Below, one piece after another: positions 19,919-29,907 of a stretch of DNA of 64,000 bases. Under the pieces are notes generated by a model. It made no database searches. It had not been told where the DNA came from and saw only the letters and a program-made list of their open reading frames with translations. Source of the stretch: a virus; the IMG/VR virus record IMGVR_UViG_3300032285_003860. The stretch is one strand, 5' to 3'. Each line of letters starts with the position of its first letter. Position 1 is the stretch's first letter. Made by a program: the position numbers and the translations under genes.

Positions 19919-21151
19919 ATGGAAATTAAATTAAAAAATACACCAGAACAGGTTGAGCTTATCAAGGCGATGGGTTCAAAAAATTCACAAGTTGCTCGTG
20001 AAGCAACTGAAGCCATTGCGGCTTTTTTAGCCCCAGTCATCAAGAAAGTTCTTTTGACTGCTGGCACAGCTTCAACGGTTTATCGTGACGTTGAATTCGA
20101 CGAAGATTCGGATCCTTCAATCCCATTGGATCTCTTCTACAATGAAGGTGCTGGATATGTCACCGTTTGGAGTCAATCCCAAGCTGGTGGTCTTCCAACC
20201 TCTCAAGTTGAAGGCATGAAGGAAGTTAAGTTTGGTACTTACCGTCTTGACTCTGCCGTTTCTTTCAACAAGAAATATGCCCGTAAGAGCCGCTTGGACG
20301 TTGTTTCCAAGGCTATTGAGCGTATGGTTAACGAAGTTTTGACCAAGCAAGAAAAGAATGCTTGGGCGGTTATTCTCAAAGCTCTCGCTGAAGCCTATAC
20401 CCCAGTTTATGCTGGTGGTCAGGTTGCTCAGACTACATACGGTCATACAATTAACAGTGCCGCCAAGGGCGTATTTACTCTTGCTGACTTGAACAATCTT
20501 ATTGTTCGCATCAAGAGAATCAATGAGTCATACAGCGGAAACACCCCAATTCAGCCATACTCACATGGTATCACTGATTTGTATGTTTCTCCTGAAGTGA
20601 AATCCAACATTCGTGCATTTGCTTACAATCCAATTGCTACTAACCAAGTGGTTACTGCTAGTGCTTCTACTCCATCCTATGATGCTGGTTGGGCTGCTAC
20701 TCAGTACCTCAGCGATAACCTCCGTGATGAGGTTTTCAAACAAGCTGGTTTACAGAGCATTTATGGAGTGAACATTGTTGAATTAGTCGAATTCGGTAAC
20801 AGTCAGAAGTATAACACATTGTTTACCGCTTTTGCTAACTCAACTCAGGGCAATCCTGCTGGATACCTCACAAATGGTTCTTCCACTCAGTATGCCTCTA
20901 CTCAAACAACTGCTACATGGGTTAGCTCTGCCTCTTCGCAAATTTGCGTAGGTATCGACAATACTCGTGGCGCTTATGTTCGTCCCGTGTCTGTGCAGGC
21001 TGAATCCGGTGGCACATTCTCTGTGCTCCCAGACGGTCAGTTTGATATGTATGGTTCACGCGTTCAGAAGGTCGGATTCTACGGGTTCCTCGAAGAAGGC
21101 CGCGTCTGTTTGGATGCTCGTTCTACAGTTGGTATCGTTATCAGCAACTAA
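19919..21151 (+). CDS. major capsid protein (HK97 fold expected)
   Basis: 410 aa; synteny after protease/decoration; AAAGGAG RBS; strong C-ending codon bias; followed by intrinsic terminator. Confidence 0.85.
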   Translation: MEIKLKNTPEQVELIKAMGSKNSQVAREATEAIAAFLAPVIKKVLLTAGTASTVYRDVEFDEDSDPSIPLDLFYNEGAGYVTVWSQSQAGGLPTSQVEGMKEVKFGTYRLDSAVSFNKKYARKSRLDVVSKAIERMVNEVLTKQEKNAWAVILKALAEAYTPVYAGGQVAQTTYGHTINSAAKGVFTLADLNNLIVRIKRINESYSGNTPIQPYSHGITDLYVSPEVKSNIRAFAYNPIATNQVVTASASTPSYDAGWAATQYLSDNLRDEVFKQAGLQSIYGVNIVELVEFGNSQKYNTLFTAFANSTQGNPAGYLTNGSSTQYASTQTTATWVSSASSQICVGIDNTRGAYVRPVSVQAESGGTFSVLPDGQFDMYGSRVQKVGFYGFLEEGRVCLDARSTVGIVISN

Positions 21152-21171
21152 TTGCTGTAATCTAATAAATC

Positions 21172-21202
21172 AAACGGAAGGCCAAAAGCCTTCCGTTTTT
21201 TT
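21172..21202 (+). terminator. rho-independent terminator after MCP
   Basis: AAACGGAAGGC-CAAAA-GCCTTCCGTTT then T-run. Confidence 0.9.
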
Positions 21203-21234
21203 GTTTTTATATATTATATATTTTTTATTTTAAG

Positions 21235-21243
21235 TGATATAAT
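21235..21243 (+). promoter_or_regulatory. extended -10 (TGnTATAAT) host-type promoter candidate
   Basis: TGATATAAT between the terminator and ATG 21269. Confidence 0.4.
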
Positions 21244-21268
21244 ACAATATATAAATCAATTAATATTT

Positions 21269-21619
21269 ATGCCCAAAAAATTAAAAAAATTAGAAACACT
21301 CAAGCAGACTCACGCAAAAGAAGAAACACAGCAGATTACTTCTCTTGATGAAGTGTGGGGATACAATAGAAATTCTCGCTATCAAACAATTGACGAAGCA
21401 ACTTATGAAAGTTCTTTAAAAGAGATGACCCGTTCTGATTTGGAAAATCATGCTCGCGCATTGGGCAGCATCATTGTAGAAGACTCTTCAAGAATTAGAA
21501 GTGAGTTGATGAAATTATTTCGTGCTTATGTTTTGTCTTTAAAGAAGCCTGCTCCTTCAACTGCTTCAAGAATAAAAGTTACTCCAGAAGTTCAAAAGAT
21601 TTTAAATGAAGCTCGCTAA
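21269..21619 (+). CDS. small basic protein with Rho-N/HeH-like helix pair
   Basis: LKEMTRSDLENHARALG motif; follows MCP. Confidence 0.55.
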   Translation: MPKKLKKLETLKQTHAKEETQQITSLDEVWGYNRNSRYQTIDEATYESSLKEMTRSDLENHARALGSIIVEDSSRIRSELMKLFRAYVLSLKKPAPSTASRIKVTPEVQKILNEAR

Positions 21620-21644
21620 TTGTATAATTATTTTTTGCTGATAT

Positions 21645-21651
21645 GTGTAAT
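21645..21651 (+). promoter_or_regulatory. GTGTAAT candidate late promoter
   Basis: 15 nt before ATG 21660. Confidence 0.72.
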
Positions 21652-21659
21652 AATACTAT

Positions 21660-24600
21660 ATGTCAGCATTTGATTCGACGATAAGGCTAAGGCAAGCAAA
21701 CCAACCTGAATTTTCTGGATACACTGTTCAAATTATCCAGAATTATCTTTCTGGTAATCCGCCCATTCCCTCTACTGGAGTTCTTTCTGGTGTATTTTAT
21801 CCATTAGTTACTAACCCAAGCGGTTTTGTAACGAGCTCGCAGACAGGAGTATTTAAAACTCAAACAGATTTAAATAGTCTCTATACTCAAATTCTTTATT
21901 ATGTTGGTGAGAATTATTATCCAGATTCAAATCCAAGTGGTTATATAAATAGCGCCAATATTAGTGGGATTAGTGGTAATTTAAATAATATAGTTTATAC
22001 AACAGGAAATCAAACAATTTCTGGAATTAAAACTTTTGCAACAGGAATAAATGTAAATGGTGATATTACAATCAATAGTAATTATTTAAGGGGCATTAAT
22101 AGCAGTAATTATATTCAATTAGATGATGGTGGGGAAAATCTTAATTTACGCTCATTTAATGATATAAATATTAGTACTGATTCCGCTGGTGAAGGCGGTA
22201 TTTATTTTAATCTTTGGGATAACGATGCATCTTATTTTTTTAATTATAATGGTGATTTTGGTAATGCAACTAGTCCCGCAAATGCTAAAAATTGGATTGG
22301 CTATGATTATTTCTTGGCTGGAACAACTCAAACTAATAATAATGGAAATTCTTGGGTTTGTGCAAACTTTGGAAATTTTGGCATTGGAAACTCATCGCCT
22401 CAATATAAATTAGATGTTTATGGAAATCTTCATACATTAAATGAAATTGTTGCGGGTGGAGATATTATTGCGGGTGGAAATATAATTGGAAGTGGCAATA
22501 CTACTTTAGATTTAATAAATGTAAATCGAATTGTCGGGCCAAACGCTTCTCAATTATCAATAGACAATGTATCTAGCGCTTCCGCTACATTCATGACTGG
22601 AGTTAGTAATGCCCCATGGGCTTATAAAGCAACTGGAGCAAATTATCTATTTAAAATTTACGCATATAAATACGCTAATGATAATACAAGAGTATATTCT
22701 GCTTCATCTTATAATCTTTCAATTAATCCAGGAACTAGTCAACAAAGTGGTTGGTTTGATATAGAAATAAATCCAGTAAATAATGCAGCTGGTTATAAAG
22801 TAGTTGTTACTGATCCAACTTTTGGAGCAACAGGGAATTACTATTTAGATGTTAATAATACATCAATATATCTTGGAACAATTGACCCAGGTTCCTATCC
22901 TCCAGGCTATTATGTGCCACCTGGTTATGATTATTTTAATAATACAAGCTATCAATCACAAAGCCCAATGATTGTATCTCCAAGTTTTCTTTATTATTCG
23001 ACTGGAAATCTTCAATTTTATAGTAAAAATTTATATTTTAAAGATTCTAAATTTGGTATAAATACATATTCTCCTCAATATTTATTAGATGTAAATGGTT
23101 CTGGAAATTTTAGGAGTGGATTGTATGTAAGTGGAATTGCAGTTTTAACAGGGGTTCCTCCTGTAACAGTTACAAATGCAGTTTATACAACTGGAAACCA
23201 AAGTATTTCTGGAATCAAAACTTTTTTAACTGGCATGATTGTGAGTGGGTCTTTGATCCAAGGAAATGGCAATATTGCGAGTGGTCTTTATTCCCACGCA
23301 GAAGGATCTGCTACAATTGCAAGTGGACAATATTCTCATGCCGAAGGTGGAACAACAATTACCAAGGGACCATACAGTCACGCAGAAGGAGTATACTCAA
23401 TTGCTTCTGGATATGGTTCTCATGCTGAAGGATTTACTACCATATCCTCTGGGGCCTATTCTCATGCAGAAGGCTGGTTAGCAATTTCAAGCGGAGATTA
23501 TTCTCATGCAGAAGGATATGGCACATTTTCAGTTGGTTTTGCTTCCCATGCAGAAGGTTCAAATAATTATTCAAGGGGCGCAACATCTCATGCTGAAGGT
23601 GGAGGAACAACGGCATTTGGGCAAAGCTCTCATTCAGAAGGCACATATACATATGCAAGTGGGGTTTCTTCTCACGCAGAAGGAAATAATACATTTGCTA
23701 TTGGTCAAAATTCACACTCAGAAGGAATTAGTACAACTGCAAATGGATCAGTTTCTCATGCAGAGGGCGATAGTACAGAAGCAAATGGATATGGCTCTCA
23801 TGCAGAAGGTATTTCGACAGTTGCAAATGGAAATTCTTCTCATTCTGAAGGAGGATATAACTTTGCAAATGGAGAGGAGTCTCATGCAGAAGGCGACTCC
23901 AACTTCGCAGTTGGATTTGCCTCTCACGCAGAAGGTTCATATACATATGCAAATGGAGATTATTCTCATTCTGAAGGAAGTTTTACGCAAGCAAACGGAA
24001 CACAATCTCATTCAGAAGGGTATTCTACATATGCATATAAAGATGAATCTCATTCAGAAGGATTTGTAACAACTGCTTCTGGACTTTATTCACATGCAGA
24101 AGGTATTTATACTATAACTATCGGAGCTGGGTCTCATGCAGAAGGCATTTCGACAATTGCTTCTGGAAATTACCAACATGTTGGTGGAAAATTTAATACC
24201 CCTGATATTACTTCATTATTAATAATTGGCAATGGTACTGGAACCAGTGCTCGATCAAATATTTTAACTGTTGACTCTAATGGATTAAATGTTTATGGCT
24301 CTGGTAATTTTACAGGGGGCCTTTATATAAATGGAATACCAGTCTCTACTGGGGGATCATCTTCTTCTGCCGCAGGAGTTTCTCAATTAAATACATTAAC
24401 TGGAAATTTGTCAATCATAGGAGTGAGTGGAGTATCTGTTTATATAAGTGGAACCAATGGAATAATTGTTTCCGGAAACTTTAATACTGGATCTTTTGTT
24501 ACAACTGGTCAAACTGGTAATTTCGTTACAACAAGCCAGACTGGAGTTTTTGCAACGAGTGCCAATTTAATTTCTACTGGATCAAATTTACAAGGTCAAA

Positions 24601-26390
24601 TTTCAAGCCTTAGTGGAACACTCACAGGAAATTATGTTCTAACAACAACTGCTACTGGCATTAGCGGAACATTAACTACATCCATTGCGTCAACTGGCTC
24701 TAATCTTCAGGGGCAGATTAATAGTTTAAGTGGCAAAGTTGTTTTTATAACTGGCAATCAAACAATTTCGGGGATTAAAACTTTTGCGGGTACTGGAATT
24801 TTTAATAATAGTGTCGGTATTGGTACTGCAACACCAGTTTATCCACTTCATATTCAGACTCCAGGAGTTGGTGGCATATTTGGAGCTTATCCTACTATAG
24901 CTCTCCTTGGTAATTCTAAGAATGCAAATATTCATATTAATGGAGATGGTAGTGTTGGAAGTCGCAATGCAGCTTCATTAACATTAGCTGCAAGAGCACA
25001 AGATGAATCTGGTCCTTATGGATACTATTTAGGTACAGATAACGATGGTAAGTTTCGTATTAGCCAGATGACTACTGTAGATGAAGCAGGATATACAGCA
25101 GCCAAAGATGCTGGAGTTGCAGGCTCATTAACTCTCGATACCGCCGGCAATCTTGGCATAGGTAATACTTCTCCAGCTTATACTTTAGATGTTAATGGTG
25201 CAATTGGTACTTCAAATCTTGTTGGTGGTGGGAGTTATTTAAATTTTAATGATTCTACTACTGATCAATATGGGAAAACTCCAACTTTAAAGTTTAATAT
25301 TTTAAATAGTATAATTTTTGATGCTGGACAAGATGCAGGATATGGCGATATTATATTGAATACTAGTTCGTCATCAAATAAAAGAGTTGGTATTGGAACT
25401 GCTTCTCCAGAACAAACTCTACATATCTATGGCGCAGTCCTTATCGAAGGCAACACTACCCCAAGAATTTATGCCAAATCTAATGACGGTGGCAATAGTT
25501 TAGTATTTAATAGATATGGTGGTCAAGAAAGCTATGCTTTATATTTTGGAGAAATGGCTGACACGGGGCCTGATATTTTTAGAACTCAAGGTGGTATTTA
25601 TTTTGGATGTCAACCTGATGATAGTTCGCAAAAAGGATTATTCGTTTCTGCTGCTACCGCAGGAAATGATAGAAAAATTGGTGTTAACTTTACCGGTAAT
25701 GCAGCTTTAAATTATACCCTAGATGTAAATGGTTCAGGAAATTTCAGGAGTGGATTGTATGTTAGTGGCATATCAGTTTTAACGGGTTCCACAAGTTCTT
25801 TTGCAACAAGCGCAAATTTAATCTTAACAGGTTCAAATTTACAAAGTCAAATCACTAGTTTAAGTGGACAAGTTGTCTATACAACTGGTAACCAAACAAT
25901 TTCTGGAGTTAAAGCTTTTATCTCTCGTCCAACTGTTAATGGCACAGGAGTATTATTAAGTGGTGAAGCATCTGCTGCCACAGTTTCAAATGTGGTCTAT
26001 ACCACTGGCAATACTACGCAAACGATCAGCGGAAATTTAACTGTTACTGGTCATTTCTCTGCTAATACAAAATCTTTCTTGATTGATCACCCAACACAAG
26101 TTGGGAAAAAATTACAATACGGCGTTCTTGAGGGTCCAGAACATTCTGTTTATTTGAGAGGTAAAACAAATAATAGCTTTATTCAATTCCCCAATTATTG
26201 GAGCGGATTGGTAGATCAAAATTCTATAACTGTGTCCCTCACCCCAATTGGTAATTATCAAAAACTTTTCGTTGAAGAAGTTAATATTTCTGGAGTAAAA
26301 GTTGGTAAAAATTATTTTGAAGACATCAATTATTATTATCATATATTTGCAGAAAGAAAAGATGTTCCCAAATTGGAGGTTGAGATTTAA
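21660..26390 (+). CDS. long fibre/adhesin protein with FDSTIR anchor, YadA-head-like SHAEG repeats and C-terminal chaperone-like domain
   Basis: 1576 aa; GIG/GIN..P.Y.LDV fibre repeats; 21x SH(A/S)EG; C-terminal KSFLIDHPT...LQYGVLEGPE...RG...AERKD. Confidence 0.85.
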   Translation: MSAFDSTIRLRQANQPEFSGYTVQIIQNYLSGNPPIPSTGVLSGVFYPLVTNPSGFVTSSQTGVFKTQTDLNSLYTQILYYVGENYYPDSNPSGYINSANISGISGNLNNIVYTTGNQTISGIKTFATGINVNGDITINSNYLRGINSSNYIQLDDGGENLNLRSFNDINISTDSAGEGGIYFNLWDNDASYFFNYNGDFGNATSPANAKNWIGYDYFLAGTTQTNNNGNSWVCANFGNFGIGNSSPQYKLDVYGNLHTLNEIVAGGDIIAGGNIIGSGNTTLDLINVNRIVGPNASQLSIDNVSSASATFMTGVSNAPWAYKATGANYLFKIYAYKYANDNTRVYSASSYNLSINPGTSQQSGWFDIEINPVNNAAGYKVVVTDPTFGATGNYYLDVNNTSIYLGTIDPGSYPPGYYVPPGYDYFNNTSYQSQSPMIVSPSFLYYSTGNLQFYSKNLYFKDSKFGINTYSPQYLLDVNGSGNFRSGLYVSGIAVLTGVPPVTVTNAVYTTGNQSISGIKTFLTGMIVSGSLIQGNGNIASGLYSHAEGSATIASGQYSHAEGGTTITKGPYSHAEGVYSIASGYGSHAEGFTTISSGAYSHAEGWLAISSGDYSHAEGYGTFSVGFASHAEGSNNYSRGATSHAEGGGTTAFGQSSHSEGTYTYASGVSSHAEGNNTFAIGQNSHSEGISTTANGSVSHAEGDSTEANGYGSHAEGISTVANGNSSHSEGGYNFANGEESHAEGDSNFAVGFASHAEGSYTYANGDYSHSEGSFTQANGTQSHSEGYSTYAYKDESHSEGFVTTASGLYSHAEGIYTITIGAGSHAEGISTIASGNYQHVGGKFNTPDITSLLIIGNGTGTSARSNILTVDSNGLNVYGSGNFTGGLYINGIPVSTGGSSSSAAGVSQLNTLTGNLSIIGVSGVSVYISGTNGIIVSGNFNTGSFVTTGQTGNFVTTSQTGVFATSANLISTGSNLQGQISSLSGTLTGNYVLTTTATGISGTLTTSIASTGSNLQGQINSLSGKVVFITGNQTISGIKTFAGTGIFNNSVGIGTATPVYPLHIQTPGVGGIFGAYPTIALLGNSKNANIHINGDGSVGSRNAASLTLAARAQDESGPYGYYLGTDNDGKFRISQMTTVDEAGYTAAKDAGVAGSLTLDTAGNLGIGNTSPAYTLDVNGAIGTSNLVGGGSYLNFNDSTTDQYGKTPTLKFNILNSIIFDAGQDAGYGDIILNTSSSSNKRVGIGTASPEQTLHIYGAVLIEGNTTPRIYAKSNDGGNSLVFNRYGGQESYALYFGEMADTGPDIFRTQGGIYFGCQPDDSSQKGLFVSAATAGNDRKIGVNFTGNAALNYTLDVNGSGNFRSGLYVSGISVLTGSTSSFATSANLILTGSNLQSQITSLSGQVVYTTGNQTISGVKAFISRPTVNGTGVLLSGEASAATVSNVVYTTGNTTQTISGNLTVTGHFSANTKSFLIDHPTQVGKKLQYGVLEGPEHSVYLRGKTNNSFIQFPNYWSGLVDQNSITVSLTPIGNYQKLFVEEVNISGVKVGKNYFEDINYYYHIFAERKDVPKLEVEI
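23292..24146 (+). repeat. coding tandem repeat, 21 x 42 nt (14-aa SH[AS]EG units)
   Basis: first core at 23292, last at 24132, exactly 20 x 42 nt apart. Confidence 0.92.
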
Positions 26391-26391
26391 T

Positions 26392-27102
26392 ATGTCAATT
26401 TCTCGTGGACCGAAAATTGTTAAAGATGGGTTAGTGTTGTGTGTTGATGCGGCTGACTATAATTCATATGTTCCAACTGGAACACTTTGGAAAGATTTAA
26501 CACCAAACAATTCAAATGGAGTTTTTTCTGGCACCGCATTGCTTCCAACTTATAATTCAAACAATAAAGGCAATATTCAGATAAATGGCTCAGGTAGCTG
26601 CATCAATTTTGGTAGTGCTCTTAATTTTACGGGTGGGGGATTTTCATTTAATCAATGGTCATATTTTACAACTTTAAGTGGCACGGTATCTGGGCAAAAT
26701 AGCCCTTTGTTTTGGAAGGGCCTTTTTAATTCCAATGGTTATTATTTTTCACTAAATACCAATGGCAATTTAATATATAACTCATATCAAGCTGGAGCAT
26801 CACAACAGACAAATATAAATAATAATACAATACGCACTGGCACTTGGTATAATATATCAGTCACCTCATCAGGTTCTAGCGTGAGAATTTATCTAAATGG
26901 TGTTGATAGGACTGTTACCGCAGGCACTCACATAAATCCAGCATCAAGCTCCAGTCCTTTTTTATTAGGACAATATGGTTCACCTGCCTCATTTAATTCA
27001 AGCGGTTCATTTGCTATGTTTGCAGCATATAATAAAGCATTGAGCCCCGTTGAAGTTTTACAAAATTATAATGCTTTAAAAGGGAGATTCAATTTAACAT
27101 GA
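26392..27102 (+). CDS. LamG/concanavalin-A-like lectin protein 1
   Basis: GP.IV.DGLVL..DAAD..SY N-terminus, WYNI.VT...IYLNG, AYN.AL...EVLQNYNA.KGRF C-terminus; start moved to ATG 26392. Confidence 0.8.
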   Translation: MSISRGPKIVKDGLVLCVDAADYNSYVPTGTLWKDLTPNNSNGVFSGTALLPTYNSNNKGNIQINGSGSCINFGSALNFTGGGFSFNQWSYFTTLSGTVSGQNSPLFWKGLFNSNGYYFSLNTNGNLIYNSYQAGASQQTNINNNTIRTGTWYNISVTSSGSSVRIYLNGVDRTVTAGTHINPASSSSPFLLGQYGSPASFNSSGSFAMFAAYNKALSPVEVLQNYNALKGRFNLT

Positions 27103-27734
27103 GATATGGACCTTCAATAGTTAGAAATGGGTTGGTATTATGCTTGGATGCTGCCGATAGGAGTTCTTATTCTGGAAGTGGAACAAGATGGACGGATTTA
27201 AGTGGAAATAACAATCATGCAACATTAACTAATTCTCCAACAATAGTTAATAATGTTATGCGTTTTGGTGGAACCAGTTATGCAACTGCAGCCAGTTTAA
27301 ATTTAAGCTCAGGACAATCTACAGTAATTTCAGCGGTCAGATATTATAATGGAGGACTATATCAACGAACTATTAGTAGTCAATCTACCAATTGGTTACT
27401 TGGGCATTATAGTGGTAACGTTTTGGCTTGTTTTCAAAATGGCTGGTTATACAATCCTACGGGAGGACTTGATTTCAATTGGAGAATTTATGCAAGTACT
27501 GGCAATACTGCTGCTAATTCTTGGGCATTTTTCTCAAATGGAGCTTTGATTGTGAGAGGTGGCATTACTGGCGGTCAAGGACCAAACGGAATAGTAATTG
27601 GTAGGTCAGGAATTTATACTGGAGAAATATCTACTTGTGAATGCGGATTTGTATTAGCATATAACAGGGTATTGACTGATGCTGAAATATTACAGACCTA
27701 TAATGCTTTAAAGGGAAGATTTCAATTGTTATGA
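27099..27734 (+). CDS. LamG/concanavalin-A-like lectin protein 2
   Basis: same conserved termini, divergent core; ATGA coupling to upstream gene. Confidence 0.8.
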   Translation: MRYGPSIVRNGLVLCLDAADRSSYSGSGTRWTDLSGNNNHATLTNSPTIVNNVMRFGGTSYATAASLNLSSGQSTVISAVRYYNGGLYQRTISSQSTNWLLGHYSGNVLACFQNGWLYNPTGGLDFNWRIYASTGNTAANSWAFFSNGALIVRGGITGGQGPNGIVIGRSGIYTGEISTCECGFVLAYNRVLTDAEILQTYNALKGRFQLL

Positions 27735-28405
27735 GCGGCAGAACTGGGCCCAACATTGTTCGCAATGGTTTAATTTTTGAACTTGATGCTGCTGATAAAA
27801 ACAGCTATCCTGACGCTGGAACATTATGGAGAAATTTGGCTTCAAGTACAAATAATGGAACTTTAACAAATGGCCCAGTCTATACCAGCGCCAATAATGG
27901 GGCAATTATTTTCGATGGGCTTGATGACCAAGTGCTAATTTCTCCAACTATTTCTGTGCCAAGCAACTATACAATACAAGCTTGGTATTGGAAAAGTTCT
28001 TTGACTTCATTTGATCCAATATTAGTTGATTCAAATAGTGCTGATGGATTTTGGATAGAAACTAATCCATCTACTAGATTGTCGGTTTACGCAAATGTAG
28101 GAAGTCTCAATATTATTGGCAATCAAATTTTATCATTAAATAAATGGTATAATATTTGTTTGACTATAACAAATTCAGGATCTGCTTATACTATAAACAT
28201 GTATATTAATGGCGTTTTAGATAAAACATATACTGGCGCGGGTTCTACTACAACTTCATTTACTGCTGATTCTATAGGTGGAGATGGCGTTGGAGATGTA
28301 ATGAATGGAAAAATAGCTTGCAATCTTGCTTATAGCCGCGCATTAACCCAATCAGAAATTTTACAAAATTATAATGCAACCAAGGGCAGATTTAATTTAC
28401 AATAA
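27731..28405 (+). CDS. LamG/concanavalin-A-like lectin protein 3
   Basis: same conserved termini; FDGLDD, WYNICLT, MYING; ATGA coupling. Confidence 0.8.
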   Translation: MSGRTGPNIVRNGLIFELDAADKNSYPDAGTLWRNLASSTNNGTLTNGPVYTSANNGAIIFDGLDDQVLISPTISVPSNYTIQAWYWKSSLTSFDPILVDSNSADGFWIETNPSTRLSVYANVGSLNIIGNQILSLNKWYNICLTITNSGSAYTINMYINGVLDKTYTGAGSTTTSFTADSIGGDGVGDVMNGKIACNLAYSRALTQSEILQNYNATKGRFNLQ

Positions 28406-28410
28406 AATAT

Positions 28411-28668
28411 ATGTACCAAAAAAGACAATTTATGATCTTTAATGTTTCTGAACTAGAAACAATTGATTTTAGCGAGGTATTAGAGTCTTCTGCCGAAACA
28501 GTAAGAAAAAGCGTTGATGGGACCAAAACATTTGTTAAATGGGAGTCTGAAGATGACTCTATACCCCCTTCAGTAGATATTTTATTAACAAAAGAAGGGC
28601 CATATACTTATGATGAGATAGTTAGTATTTTAGCAACCAGTGAATGGTCACGCCGTAATACAGTGTAA
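28411..28668 (+). CDS. small acidic phage protein (possible fibre assembly factor)
   Basis: 85 aa; IDFSEVLE...RKSVDGTKTFVKWE...GPYTY.EI..IL...EW. Confidence 0.6.
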   Translation: MYQKRQFMIFNVSELETIDFSEVLESSAETVRKSVDGTKTFVKWESEDDSIPPSVDILLTKEGPYTYDEIVSILATSEWSRRNTV

Positions 28669-28669
28669 T
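28663..28669 (+). promoter_or_regulatory. GTGTAAT candidate late promoter overlapping upstream stop codon
   Basis: 16 nt before ATG 28679; reads GTG TAA in the upstream gene. Confidence 0.68.
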
Positions 28670-28678
28670 TAAATTTAT

Positions 28679-29905
28679 ATGTCAAATATTGTCTTATATC
28701 CAAGCTCAGGGATTTTGGAGTTTAATACAGGTGTCGCAGGGCAGTCTGTATTAGATGCCTCTTTAAGCGGCGCATCACGCTTAACTTTTAATAGCGGCGA
28801 AATTAATTTGACAAATTATGCAACTGGTAATTTAAATAGATTTACTATAGACGGATCCCAAGGCAGACTTTTTCTAATTGATGACCAATTATCGGGTAGC
28901 TTGTTTAGCGTTAATACAATTGCTGGATTGCCAGTAGTAGAAGCATTTAGTGATAATACAGTAACTTTAGGGCAGTATAATAGATATGATTTAGTTGTTA
29001 CTGGAAATGCAGTTGGAATGGGAGCTCTTCCAGATACAGGATCACAAAAATTATGCATATCTTTAAGCGGCGTAACTCCTTATGTTTTGCCAAGTAATCC
29101 ATTATCCGTGGTTGGTAGCGGAAACTCTTATGTTCAAATTAATATTCAAAATCGTGCAACTGGAAATAATGCTTCTGCAGATTTAATTATTACAGCAAGT
29201 AATGGTACAGATTCTATTAACTATCTTGATCTTGGAATCAATAACCCTGGATACAATCAAGCAGCATATGGCGCTAATACTGGAAATGATGGATATTTAT
29301 ATGTTAATGGTGGTGGTTTAACAATTGGCACTCAAACTTCTGGAACTTCAGTAGAAATTCATGCTGGTGGCACAACAGATCCTGATCAAGTTGCTAATTT
29401 TAACGCTACGGGAACTTGGATTAAAGGAACCATCGTTCTTTCCGGAAATACCAGAGTTGTTGGCAATATAAATTCTAATACTAATTATAATGCTAGCGTT
29501 GCATTAACTGGCAATCAATCAATAACTGGTACTGTTGATAACAATGTATCTTTTGCTATTAAGAATGATCCTAATAGTTGGTGGACAAGTGGCACAAGAA
29601 GACTTACTCCTAATGTTTCTGGATATTATCATGTGGATTATCAAGCAGCGTGGGCGCAGGGCACAACTGGTGTGGGAAACCAAAACAATATTCAAATATT
29701 AAAAAACTTAAATACTGTATCAATTTATCAACAACCAATTAATAATTCAACCGTGAATACATTTTTAAAGACTTTTGCAATTGTTAATATGAATGGGTCA
29801 TCAGATTATTTAACTTTTAGTGCTTATTCCAGCAACAATCCACAATCACTTATTGGAGATTCCCTTGGTAGTTATACAAAAGTAGATATATTTAAAATTA
29901 ATTAA
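28679..29905 (+). CDS. fibre protein with C-terminal C1q/TNF-like domain
   Basis: LFSVNTIAGLPVVEAFSD module; C-terminal RLTPNVSGYYHV...VNMNGSSDYL. Confidence 0.65.
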   Translation: MSNIVLYPSSGILEFNTGVAGQSVLDASLSGASRLTFNSGEINLTNYATGNLNRFTIDGSQGRLFLIDDQLSGSLFSVNTIAGLPVVEAFSDNTVTLGQYNRYDLVVTGNAVGMGALPDTGSQKLCISLSGVTPYVLPSNPLSVVGSGNSYVQINIQNRATGNNASADLIITASNGTDSINYLDLGINNPGYNQAAYGANTGNDGYLYVNGGGLTIGTQTSGTSVEIHAGGTTDPDQVANFNATGTWIKGTIVLSGNTRVVGNINSNTNYNASVALTGNQSITGTVDNNVSFAIKNDPNSWWTSGTRRLTPNVSGYYHVDYQAAWAQGTTGVGNQNNIQILKNLNTVSIYQQPINNSTVNTFLKTFAIVNMNGSSDYLTFSAYSSNNPQSLIGDSLGSYTKVDIFKIN

Positions 29906-29907
29906 AA

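Noticed and set aside
23292-24146. CRISPR-like array (TCTCATGCAGAAGG repeats at regular spacing)
   Set aside because: repeats are 15 nt, vary at synonymous positions, have an exact 42-nt codon-phase period inside a 1576-aa ORF, and no cas genes are present
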